DNA of 63,987 bases, counting the filler, from Basidioascus undulatus (taxonomy: Eukaryota): assembly GCA_000826855.1 (NCBI GenBank). It is 4 parts of 4 records of this genome, joined end to end, with 100 filler letters (N's around TTAATTAATTAA, not from the genome) between each part and the next. Parts side by side here need not be neighbours in the genome. Positions count along the whole stretch, not along the records: positions 1 to 16,221 come from JTLS01000598.1; 3 more parts are not named here. One strand, 5' to 3'. A program made the position numbers and the translations under genes. The notes beneath the pieces were generated by a model that saw only the letters and a program-made list of their open reading frames with translations, searched no databases and was not told the DNA's origin. Below, piece by piece: positions 1 through 12,300 of the stretch (the stretch's first letter is position 1; each line of letters starts with the position of its first letter).

Positions 1-1343
1 CTCCCCCCGCTTACGCTCCCTCCCAATCTCCTTAGGTTCAAGACCTTCCTCCCCTGTCTCTTCGTCTCCTACGCGCTCTACCGCATCGCCTTCCGCTTCT
101 GCCTCCCCTTCTTCACGCGCGTCCCGCTCGAGCGCGCGCTGTGGTACCTCGCGCCCATGTGGATCGGGCTCATGCTCCCCGAGTTTGGCAACTCGCCGCT
201 CGATCGGCTGTATGGGGATATTCCGCCTAGGTGCGGATTTGACCGCTCTCCTCGATTCACATCGGATGAGAGGAAGTCCGGAGAGGTGAGGGAATGGGGC
301 TGACGGGCTGCGATGCGGACGGGGGTAGAGCGATCGTGGCGCTCGTGATCATCATTCTTGTCATTGTCGTTGTCGTCATAAACCAGATTCGGGTGATGCG
401 CAAGACGGGCACGGTGTTCCTCTACTTGCGCTGGTGCGTGTCCCCTTTCCCTTACGCCTCTTCCGTCGGCGCACTTTTGAAGCTCAACTCCGTGGTGGGC
501 CTGATGAAGGTACTTTGCTTTCGGCCTCTTCGTCATCATGCCATTGTGCCTCCTTCCAGGACTGCATTTCCGTCTCGTACGTCCGTCTCCATCCATCCCT
601 CCCTACTCTCCTATCCATCGCATTCTTTCAATCTGAACCTCATTCTGGCGGCTTTATAGCACCACTACATCCTCGCGCTCCTGCTCCTCCCGCTCACGGC
701 GTTCCCGACCCGCATCTCCGCAATCTGCCAAGCCTTCCTCCTGGGCCTCTTGTCCGTCTTCCGTTCCATCTCCTCCCTCTGTCCCTCTCCCTCTCACTCA
801 CTTAATCCTGACTTCCGAAACAGCCTCGAAGGCGTCGCCCGCTGGGACTTCGACTCAATCCTCCAGACCTGGGGGTCGCTCCTCCGGGACGCCGCGCTGG
901 GAACGGACCTCCCGTCCTTTGTGGGCGACGGCTCGCTCGGGAACGGCACGGTGCTTCAGTGGGCGGGACTGCCGGAGGGCGGAAGCTGGGATGGGTTCGC
1001 ACTTATCGTATGTCCCGCTCGGTATCGAAGGAAGAGAGGGGTAGGGTGCGATAGGAGTTGACGGTGGAGCCATGTAGATCAACGACGTGCTCAGGTACAC
1101 CGGCAACGCGACGTCCTTCGACCTAGCCGGGTGGTCGGACGCCGTGCCATGGTTCGCGAGGTTGGCGTACCAGCAGGCCGGTGCGTTTCCTCACACTTTA
1201 CATCTTCTGCTTTCGCCTCTACCAGTCCATCGAGTTGACATGCAAGCCGTTGGACGGTAGGAACAAGCGGCGACTTCACCAGAGCCGCGACGGTCTGGCT
1301 CGGGAATGGGACGTTCATGCCGCCCCTTCCAGGGCCGTCATGA
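1..1343 (+). CDS. 3' part of a multi-exon fungal LCCL-domain-family membrane protein (5' end outside window)
   Basis: Spliced reading gives HYILALLLLPLTAFPTRISAICQAFLLGL...GVARWDFDSILQT...INDVLRYTG...TSGDFTRAATVWLGNGTFMPPLPGPS*, matching the C-terminus I recall for fungal LCCL proteins; TGA at 1341-1343. The LCCL domain itself is not in the window. Confidence 0.65.
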
Positions 1344-2344
1344 GCGACTACCGCGGAGGGGGACATGGAGGACACTTGTAATAAAACAGTTTTCTTGTTG
1401 TTCAGATCAGTTGCACTTGCATTTCTTCTTGTGTACATTACTATTTCTGCGTGCTCGGCTGTGCATGGATTCGCATCATTTGCCAGTTGCATAAAGTCGC
1501 GTTCTTGTCATCATGACCTGAAGCATGAGAAAACAGGTGTTCCGACGACTGTTGTGGCACACGCCTCGGGGATTTCAACTCTGCATTGCTGTCAATCCTT
1601 CTGTGGACTGTGGAGCAGTGGCGATCGGCCGTCAGCTGCGATGAATCCTGGGTTCAAATGTGTGGGCGATGAGCTCGTCACTAATCTTTCTGATAAATCA
1701 AAGTGGTCGAGCCCGCAGGATCTTGATCGGCCTTTGATTGAGTGCAGCGTGCATGCATCTAGAGTGGCGCCCGGCATCATGATTCTTGGGTAATCAACGC
1801 AGTTCCCGCTGAGCCGGCTCGCTGGCTCTCTTTCGTCGACGTGGCACGACGATCACAGACCCGCACGCTATGTTCCTTTGTATGCACTCTCCATCACTCG
1901 ATTCTGTGCCCGTTGTTCGCTTCCTCTCCAGTCACGGGAATCCTTGTCACCAAGTTAGAAATCAGGGAATGAAAGTTGCAGCCCTGCAAGCGCATGCGTG
2001 CTTTCAGCACGCTTCTTGTGCACTCATTTTGCCAGCCACAGAGGCCACATGGATGATAGAATAAGAGTGCCTTGTGTACATGCATGGGCGTTCCTAGCCA
2101 ATCAAACCCCTGGGGTTCCTCTGCGGTTTGGGAGGTCGTCTTCTTCTGGAATGGCAGAGCGCTGCCACCTGTGCAGAGGAGAGGAAGATTAAGTATCAGC
2201 ATGGACGAACTAGGGTTCATCGACACCGAAACAGGACCGGGAAACTGTCTAACCGTTTTCCAGTGGTCCCTGGGAGACTGGAGAGAAGCCTCCACTGTCA
2301 GCAGTCGAGAAAGCGAAAAAGCAGAAGGCAAAAAAAGATGTTCA

Positions 2345-2722
2345 CCCCCACAGAAGGCGTACTGCGGTCCATCCTCGCTTATGAGATTGTTGCTGGCGTC
2401 AGAGAGCTGGACGTAGATACCGAAAGAACGTCCTGGCAACGAGAAGGCCGCTTCAATTCACCAGGGTCGGGTACTTAGCATTCTCTTCGCGCAACGGCAT
2501 GCTCAAAAGGCTCAACGTACACATCAGAAGCTTCTCTCCCGTGCTTGGGCTTGCCGAATTGGCATCCTCGTATTGCACATCGCTGTTGTACATGTAGAAG
2601 CCGACAAGAGCCGTAGTGCCCGTGAATGCCGGCGAGGGGTCGAACTGCGCAGTCCACGAATAGGACACGATGTCCATCTTCTCCTTGATGCAGACAGTCT
2701 CTTGGTTGTCGGAACTGTCTGG
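2345..2722 (-). CDS. Exon fragments of an unknown protein, probably incomplete
   Basis: Two coding-like segments bounded by plausible splice sites: DSSDNQETVCIKEKMDIVSYSWTAQFDPSPAFTGTTALVGFYMYNSD... and LPGRSFGIYVQLSDASNNLISEDGPQYAFCG. No start or family identified. Confidence 0.3.
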
Positions 2723-3758
2723 CGGTATTGGTCGTGGGTGAGTTTATCGGTATGTGTTGGTAAAATCAAGGTGACTTGCGTATACGTTTTGGGGCAAGGT
2801 TTGGATGATTGAGCCGTGTGTTTGCTCATGGTCCGCGTGTAATAACGGGAAAACCTCACTGGCTGGGGGGCGCGTCAACTGCTGCAGAGCGTCGCGCGAG
2901 GCGAAGAGGAGCATCTGTTAAGCGACCCGCCAACAATCAGCTAGTGTAGAATCATCCCTCCCACGCCTACCCTCTTTAGCTCGGGAGTTCATAAGCTCAC
3001 CAGGACGAAAGAGTCGCGCAGGCTTCAGAGGCTCAAGCCCTGCGGCAAGCCTGTTGATTAGCGGAAGCCGGAGCCGGGAGGCCAGTCTCTGCGGGTCGTC
3101 GGGGCAACTACGCAGGCACAGGCCTTCGCAGCTGAGACCTGGTAGCGATACAAACGTCGGTATGGGTGTGTGCTCACTTCCATTGGCGGAAGCCTCGAAA
3201 ACTTCTCATATATAGATTCATACCGCTGCTATCAAGCACGGTAAGTTATAGAGTAAGTATCTCTGAAAGATACACTTCGGCGTTGGGGCTGGGCGCCAAC
3301 GCGCACACCACACTGCTTTCCCCTGTGAGTTATGAGTGACTGCATGGCCTTGTGCGCTGTTCCATGTGTTTCAACACGGTTCCGAATACAGTGGAGACAT
3401 ATAAAAAAGCGCACATACTTTGTAAGACTGGGAGCTTCACCGGAAGGTTCGAAGACGGAGGCACGGTCTCACTTCCCCTACATCCCCCCCCCGGACGATT
3501 ACTGCGCGATAACCCAGATCGGTTCAACCAAGTAACATGGACTATACAGAACGCCAAGTTCATTCTTTTGAAGAGTAAACATGCGAACCCTCAAGTAGAC
3601 AGCGATAGCGCACGCCTGCCCAGACGCATCAGATTCAATTCAGTTTTCCTCTGAACGTCGCCCGTGCCTTGACCTGCCACCACGACCACCGTTAGCTCTC
3701 CTTCGCCGAAGTTCTCCTACCACTTATCTTTCACGTCCTCTGCTTCCCTCGTCGAGTC

Positions 3759-4955
3759 ATGGGCAATTCTTCTCTGCCTTCCGAGATCTGGTCCCGCATT
3801 TTCGAGTTCGCGATCGAGGTACTTCGGCAATGACAGTCATCCGTCAGGGCGAGGCCAAAACGACGCGTATAGCGTCTCACTTGTGTATCGAAGTTGGAGT
3901 GTTAGTACTCGTTCAGGCTCGTATATAATTCAATCAGTCATCCTCAGCCTCGGGCCCCCCGCCTCCCCCTAGATGCTGTCCGAGCCCTACCACTACCGCT
4001 CGGTTCGTCTCAACGGACCGAAACTCATCGATCCTTTTACCGATCTAATCGACGCACTCGATCTTGCGGGACGTCGTCCGCTGCGACATACCCGCGAGTT
4101 GGACGCCCATGCCTACGGTGTGACTGACCTCATGTCGTCCACCTTCAACGACAGCATCCGAACTCGCGCATTTCGGAGGCATGATAAGCGCTCCTTTCAC
4201 ACTCGCTGCTCTTGCCGAGAAGAACAGCGACATTCTGCGCTCACTTTACGCCGTCCTGAACGCTTCCAAGATGGAGCATTTCGAGTTGCTCGGCCGCCTG
4301 GTCGCCCTCCGCGAGCTCTTGCTGTCCTTCCGCTTCGTTTGTTCCGCCCCGTCACGACTATCGAACCCTTCACCCTGCCTCACCTGCAGCGGCTGGCCGT
4401 CAACGGGATCTTCTTCGAGAAGGAGGAGGACATCATGTACTATCTAGCCCGCTGTCATCTCCCGGCTCTTACCGAGATCGGCTTCGATCTTCGTGGCCAG
4501 TCGTCAAATGCCCTTTGCCACTTCCTCGAATGCTTCGGTCGGCAGCTGCTCCACATTCGCAACATCGCGGTCGCGGATCCGGCCACAGTCTTACCGGATC
4601 TCCTCTCCCGCTGCCCCAATCTCGTCTCTCTAAACGCCCGCCTCCATGCGGCAGACATGGCCGGCGCCCTGATTTCCGCCTTATCGCCTTCACTGGTCAA
4701 ATTTTCGCTGTCGAGTACCGATGACTTCTCTTACACACGCCTCGCTGAGTTCAACTCTGCACTGGTGACAATTCTCCACTGGAGCAGTCTTATCGCTCTC
4801 CGCCATGTCACATTTCAGGTCTTCAACTCGGACCATTTGATGGACCCTGGATCAAATACGTGGATGACGAGCTCGTCATTAGGCTGTCTTCTGCCAAGAG
4901 TGTGAAGGTTTTCCTCAACTTCGTCGGAACTCCCATTATCCCTATGTTATTCTGA
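3759..4955 (+). pseudogene. F-box-like/LRR-like protein with frameshifts
   Basis: ATG 3759 gives MGNSSLPSEIWSRIFEFAIE (F-box-like), followed by LRR-like segments (LPHLQRLAV, LPALTEIGF, CPNLVSLNA). The coding-like frame switches around 4150-4360 with no obvious intron. Confidence 0.55.
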
Positions 4956-6531
4956 GGGGTCGGAAGGGGGCGTTAGTGATGCCGGATCTATGGGAGATGG
5001 ATTATGGACGTTAGCGAGGGTGGATTTGGTTGGCCATGCATCCACACTTGCTCCCAAGCTTTGCTCAAGCACGCGCCGCTCTGTGCATTTTTGGGGGAAT
5101 TCAGGTTAATAATTCGGAAGTCGCTTGGTTCCTTTGTCCATGATGCGCTGAACAGTGAGGAAAATGTAAAGCACCTGAAGCGTAGGCGGATCTGGCTACC
5201 AGGCCGACTTGTAAACACCCGCTCATGCTCAGATTGCTGAGCAGAGTGTTATGTAATGTCTATGTAGCGATGTTATAGTACATGCTCTAAGCGCCTCTGA
5301 AACTTCGACAGGTTACGAAAAGTGGTCCATTGCTCACGCTGACATTGACATTTGGCCTCGCACACGCTGTTCGCCTCCCCGCTTCGGTTTTACGTGCCAA
5401 CCCTTGGCGCTGCACTATGCTCAGACATACATTATGCTTCCAACCCTGTTCATATCGGATTCAGCAGACACACGGAAAACGCAGTAGGGCTGAATGCACC
5501 GTTGTGATGCCATTTGAGTGCGTCTTCAGAGGCAGCATTCGTTCGGAAAGAATCTCGCCTTCTTTAAGTCGTATATCCCATAGGTACTTCCAAGTTTACA
5601 AAAAACTGATAAGCAGTCATGCGACGAGACAGGCACGCCGAGGAACCGGCTACGGTGGGCTATCACGGACAAGCTTCGAAGCTACCAGCACACCAACACC
5701 AGATTCTGGATGCACTCATCTGCCTCTTCGATTGTCAGCTACTTTGCGTGAAAGGTATGCATCTCTTTCGTGCACAGTTGCAGGAAGAGTGCTACTACTA
5801 CTTTCGACGGTGAGATAGCTCGCAGTGGATGTGGTTTCGGTCATTGCTCTGAAACAGGGTGGCCTGCGAGGGGCTGGCTGGTCATGCGGCGTCAGAAACT
5901 TGAGGGCGCCCCTGGCCGACATGATTACTTGAGGACGGGGTCAGCACGATTACAGGAAACTCCTTGTGACCCCATAGCACCTTCGTCTATGGCTGGTTGC
6001 ATAGCCAGAGTCGGCAGACCACCATTCTCTACACCAGTCGGACGTGTTCTTCTGAACGACGCGTTGCGTACGCGTGTCCAGAAATAAATCCCAGATTGCT
6101 GGGAAGTAAAGGCTAGTGCCTGGCATGTTTGAACTCTTTTCGTCGAAATGGGGTGTTCGATCTGTTCAAGGTCCGAGACAGTGCCAAGACACAATTCCGC
6201 CGTCCGCATGTGCGTGCTCCTCACCCAAAAGGCTCGCGCCCTTTCTGCCCGGCATTCTCTCCTTTCACCACCATCCTCTCACATCCTTTCTGACAGCCTT
6301 CCTCGGTTTCCGGTTCTATTCGACTCGCCTGCGGCACTCGTCAAGACCTACTTTCCTCTACACTCTTTAGGTGCGTTCAAGTCGTCGCGAGACGAAAGCC
6401 GCAGACACGCTCCTGCTCATGCTTCTGCTGCTCACACCGACTGTCTGGCGGCGGGACAGCACAGCCATCCCCACTTTCGTTTACTCAACACTCTTTCTTC
6501 TCTTCTCGAATCCGGCACGAAACACATCAAC

Positions 6532-8382
6532 ATGTCTATCCGCACTCTCGCTCTCGCTGCGTCCCTCGCGGGTAGCGCCCTCGCCCACGGCATCGTCGAC
6601 CAGATCAAGGTGGATGGCGTTTGGTACCCCGGTTCCAAGGTGTGTTTATGTCCATTGCGGATGCTTACACCGAGGATGAGTTCTCATTCTTCCGGCGGCG
6701 GGTCCAGAACTGGGACGCGCCTGAGAACCAGGTGTGTTCTGTTCCTCCTCAACTCGTATTCTCCTCAACTCGCCATGCGCGCTATTGGCTTCTTGATACT
6801 GAAATTCCGTGTCTGGAGAATTCACCGGTCCATGGCTTCCCGATAGACACAGGTTTCGTGCGATGGGATCAGGTCAACACCGACGACATCGCCTGCTCTT
6901 CGGCCGGGAAGACTCCCCGTCCGGTCACTGTAGAGGTCAAGGCTGGTGGGCTCATTGAGCTCCACTGGAAGGTCAGTCCTCTCAGCGTCGCGCTCATTCC
7001 CTTTCAGTTTGGGCATCAACTGACGGATCTTATTGAATGCAGGGCGACAAGGGGCCGAGCGGCACTGAGGTCAGTTACCACCCACCACCATCCCCTACGC
7101 TTGCTTGTGCGAAATACCGTCAGCTCAATCTGATACACGTATCTATGTTTATAGTGGCCTCACCCGGAGTTTGTCGCAGCCTCCTCTTCACCAATGAAAC
7201 TGTCGGCTAACCCTGAATCGTACTAGGGGCCCTTCCATCGCCTATCTCGCCCGCTGCAACGGCCCTTGCTCCTCCTTCGACCCGTCCAACGCCGAGTTCT
7301 TTAAGATCCAGGAAGAGTTCGTCGCAAGCGCCTCTTTGCATGCCAACAACATAGACTGACGTACGAATCAACACAGGGGTCTTGACACGTCGCGCCAGCC
7401 GTATCAGTCGTGGATCGACCACCTTCCCTGGGGTGCCGGCATGTGGTCGCAGGCTAAGCTCAGTGCGTCTTGCCCTGTATGAATCCCCGTCACCCATTCA
7501 GCCGGAGTCTTTTGACACTGGGTGATGCGCTGGGCGATGCGATGCAGTGCTCGAGCAGGGTTCGTGGGCCCAGATTCGCATTCCCTCCAACATCGCCAAT
7601 GGGGAGTACTTATTGAAACATGACGTGAGCCTAATTTCAATCCCATCAATTCGTTATTTGATAGCGCCGATGATATTGACACCTTGGCGGCATGGGGCAG
7701 TTGATCTCCCTTCACGGAGCGCACTCGTACGCCGAGGGTGCCCAGGTAGGTTTACGAGAACTGTTTTTACCGGGAACTCGATTGCTGATACATTTTCTTC
7801 TCTAGTACTACCCGTCTTGCACGCAAATCCGCGTCACGGGCGGCGGTAACGAGTACCCTCAGGGCACCCCTGCCAAGCAGCTGTACACCCAGGTAAGTCT
7901 AATTGACCGAAGAACTCGATTTCTGACCGATAATTAACCTTTTTTTAATGCGAAGAACGACGGCATCATCAATATTTATGAGCCATTCCCCGGCGGTATC
8001 CAGTCGTGTACGAGTCTATATTACCAGATCCCTTTTCGAGATTGAGCGCTGACCACAGCGCAGTGCGTCCGTAGACAAGATCCCCGGCCCGGCCCTCTGG
8101 ACGTCTGGCTCCCCGGCCCCTGCTCCCTCGTCTGAGCAGTCCGCCCCGACGTCTTCCTCGTCCGAGGCTGCCCCTGCACCGAGCTCCGAGGCCTCTGCCC
8201 CTGCGTCGTCCGCCGACGTGTCCACTCCCGCGCCGGCTTTTTCTTCGGCCGACTCCTCCGTCAACCCCGCGCCGTCCGCTGCTCCCGCCAACGATGTGTA
8301 CACCCCGCCCAAGACCTGCAAGGCGCGCCGCAGCCGCCGGTCCGTCCGCGCGCACAAGCAGCGCAGGCTAGCTGCGCACTAA
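6532..8382 (+). CDS. AA9 (GH61) lytic polysaccharide monooxygenase, about 11 introns, Ser/Ala/Pro-rich C-terminal extension
   Basis: Signal peptide MSIRTLALAASLAGSALA then His1 (HGIVDQ); DIAC; WPHPEGPSIAYLARC (second brace His); FFKIQEEG; IPSNIANGEYLLKHDLISLH...GAQYYPSCTQIRVTGGG; YKIPGP; TAA 8380-8382. Confidence 0.93.
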
Positions 8383-9351
8383 GCGTTCGGTCCACGCCCT
8401 TCCGCTTCCTCCTACTGATCGGCATCCGCTTTATCTCGCGCATCTCCCTTCTTCCCCTTGGTTATCTTACGCCCTCTTTTTGATGAGCCGCTAGCCGGTC
8501 CCCTTTCTTTACTTGGTTATTCCAACCACTGTCGCTCTTGACGAGGACTGCATCGGGCAGCTGGGAAACAGGCTTTCGCGGGACGATCTATCCTTGTTTT
8601 CTTGGCATTCATGACCAGCAGTAGCCCTTGTGCTGGTGTGCAAGACCTCCAGGCACCCTCTCCCTCTCTCACCTCTCCCGGCCTTTCCCGTATCTACAAA
8701 ACATTAGACTCACACTCTACATTACTCGTACCGAAAATTCCTGGGAATTTCGCCTCGCGAGCTTACCGGCAGTCAATGGCTCAAGTTGGACGTGGTCCAG
8801 CTGAGCTTGCAGTGGCTGAGCAATCACCCGCGCACTGACACCGTCTGCGCAGATGCCTTCACTCAGGCTCCAATGCATGTTGACGACGATCGGTTTATTC
8901 GGGATCGGGCAGCGCGCCTTGGTGAAGCGTTGCATCACATTGCCTCTACTTGAGTTGTATTGACGCAGAGCCCAAGAGGAGAAGTCGAGGACAACGTGCA
9001 GCTCAGCCAAGGGACGAACAACGGCGCAGATCTGTACAACGTTCTGCCTGGACTACGTTCTCTGGATGAAAGCAAACGCTGCAAAATGGGTGTACGATAG
9101 TGGAGGCAGGCAAGGGGCAACTGCGAAATGACATCAGTGATATGCGTCACGAGGGCGGATGATCGACTGCCCGCCTTCTCGCCTGCGCCGCTCGGGGCGG
9201 GAAGTGCACTCGGTATCGCAGGGGAGTGTGGACCGGAGATGGAGGCGGTTCTTATTCTCATCCAGTTACCACCAGCACGAAACACTCCTCTTTCGAAACA
9301 CCGCATTCCAATTCTTTATTCCCAACGACGAGCACAACCACAACAACGACA

Positions 9352-12300
9352 ATGTCCTCGAAGCAGCCCTCCATCCTTTTTCTCGCGTCCTCCGCGTCCC
9401 CCGCCCTCGACTTCAGCGACGACTCTCTCCGCCTCCAGCTCGTTGCTGGCCTCCGGGGGTCGGACAAGCTCGTCGTTCCCGGCGGGAGGCCCGAGGACAG
9501 GGCATACGCGTACAAGCGCAGTGTGCCTACGATTCTGTTGTATGACGAGCAGGGGCTATTGAACTAGTGCGTCGTCTTCCTTGGACGTGGAGTGCTTGGG
9601 CGAGGAAGGCTGAAGGGACGGCAATCATCTCGCAGTGATGAGATTACCCAGGGCGACTTTTACTATCCCTTCAATGCAGAGGTGTGTTCCGCCATCCTCA
9701 CCGAGCGAGAGAGGGACATGCTTGCTGAGCTCCATCTCTCCGTTGCACCTCGCAGCTGGAGATCCTCCAGTCCAACGGGGACGACATTGCCCGCCGCATG
9801 TTCGGCCTCCCCACCGCACCGCGTGCGCCCAAGATCAAGGAGCGCTGGGGAGACGACGGCCCGGGCGTGCACAACAAGGGCGTGAACGGCCAGTTCGCGG
9901 TGCCGACCCGCGGGACAGTTGTTGAACTCGGAGCGGGGTACGTTTCTTCTTCCTCTCAAATTAAACAAATCAATACAAATTCTCATACATCTACCTGGAA
10001 ACTAGGAGCCTCCGAAAGACCTCGCACCTTCTCTCGGCGATCGGGCGGCTCAACCACTCGCCCGCGCCGGCCTCCTCTACCCCGCCAATCACCTACCACG
10101 CGCTCGACCTCGACCGGAGCGAGCTGGAGCGAACGCTTGGCGAGCTTGAGGGGGCGTCCTCCAAGCTCGGGCTGGCCGGCAAAGTCGCTGTGGGCGGTCT
10201 CGAAGGGACGTATGACATGGGGTTCGAGTGGCTGCGCTCTGGCGGGCCTTCCGCCTCCTCCTCTGCCACCTCTTCTTCGTCCTCCCCCGAGCTCGGTCCT
10301 ACGCAGCTCGACAACTCCACGCCCCTCCCCACGCCCCCTACGAGCCCGGGCGAGTCGAACGCTCACCTCCCCAGCACGAACGGGAAGGCGGAGCAGAAGC
10401 CGGAGAAGAAGGACGGCAACGACCGCCTTTGCATCCTCCATCTCGGCTCGTCGCTCGGCAACTTCACCCGCGACGAGGCCGTCGAGTTCCTGCGCTCGAT
10501 TGCGGACGTCCTCCGCCCGGGGAAGGACACGCTCCTGCTCGGCCTGGACTCGCGGAACGAGAAGGCGCTCGTCGAGCGCGCGTACAACGATGAGGGTGCG
10601 TCTAACTCTGGATAGAGTATTGCGCGCTGGCACTGACGAAAGTGGGCGGATGGACAGGCGGCGTCACCCGCAAGTTCATCATGCACGGCCTCGAGCGCGG
10701 CGGGAAGATCCTCGCCGGTTCTTCAGGGAACGTCACGCTCCGCGCGAAGAACTTCGACTACGTTGCCCGGTACAATGAGGTGGAAGGTGGGTGTTCCCTC
10801 CTCCCTCCCTCTAGGTCTTACCCGAATTTCCCAGTCTGGTTCCTGCCTTGGAATCCACTCCTGCAGGCCGCCACGAAGCGTACTACCGCTCCAAGCGGCG
10901 CCAGTCGATCGCTCTCCCCGATCCTGCCGCTAAGGGCACGTCCAACGTCGACGTATCCACTCCGCCCGAGATCATCGAGCTGGAAGAGGGCGAGCTCCTG
11001 AACGTTGAGTGGTCGTACAAGGTACGATCTTCATTCCTCCTTTTCCTTTACACGCAGCACAACCCTGACCCATTCCCCCGGCACAGTACTCCGACCCCGA
11101 AGTCACTGCGCTCCTCTCAGCCTCCGGCCTGCGACCCATCCAATCGTGGAAGGACTCCCACGGGCGGTACGGCCTCTGGCTCGTCGAGCGGCCGGCGTTC
11201 ACGTTTGCGGGGCCGAACCTCCCAGCGTGGGCGAAGAAGGGGGGCGAGCGCGGGCAGGGCGTGCCGAGCGTGCGCGAGTGGGAGGACATGTGGAAGTGCT
11301 GGGATGGCATTCGCGGGATGGTGCCGAGGGAGATGATGCACCAGAAGCCGATTGATCTGAGGCATATTGTGCTGTTTTACCTTGGTGCGTTTCGGAATAC
11401 TCTATGGTCGGATTGACGGAACAATGAACTGACTTCCTTTGATGGTGTAGGCCATATTCCTGCGTAGGTGTTCCGAAACTCCGGATACTTCACAGTTTGT
11501 TGGACTCACGCTATGGAATCGCAGCTTCCTCGACATCTACCTCTCACGCTTCTTCAACGAGCCGCACATCCCACCCGAGTTCTACAAGGTCCGCCTTGCA
11601 TCCCCCTCCTCCCCTCCACGCACTCCCCCTTACCCTCCCCTTTACTTAGGACATCTTCGAGCGCGGGATTGATCCCTCGATGGACGACCCGACGCGGTGC
11701 CACGCGCACAGCATCGTGCCCGAGAGCGAGGCGGACTGGCCCGCGCTCGAGGACGTCCTCGACTTTGACCTTCGCGTGCGCGAGCGCGTGCTGCGCGTGT
11801 ACGAGGACGTGCGCGCGGGGAGGAGGACGATGGACCGCAAGCTCGGGAGGGTGCTGTTCATGACTGTGCGTTTGCTATTCTGGGATTTGGTAGGAGGTTG
11901 AAGCTGATTTGTATCGACACAGTTCGAGCACATGGTCATGCACGGCGAGGTGTGCCTCCATGCGCTAGGGCTTCCTTTTAGTTGTCTGTTCTGCTGAAAC
12001 TTTCGATAACCATCTCAGACCCTCCTCTACATGCTCCTCCAGCGTGCGGGCACCGGGACGCTCCCCCCTCAGGGCTTCACTCCCCCGGACTGGGCGTCCC
12101 TCTCACGCGCCTGGGATGCGCACGCGGCGCGCGAGGCGTGCGGGCAGGTCCTGTCGTTCTCGAAGCAGCGGATCGTCCTTGGGCATCATGACCGGGAGGC
12201 GGACGATGTTCGCGCGGGGAAGAAGGTGGAGGGGACGGAGTCGTGGGAGCACGAGTACGGGTGGGACTGCGAGCACCCTGCGAGGGAGGTCGAAGTGGAC

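Noticed and set aside
2916..3540. Possible solo LTR (TGTAG at 2945 ... CTACA near 3482, internal TATATA)
   Set aside because: No matching target-site duplication for either candidate boundary.
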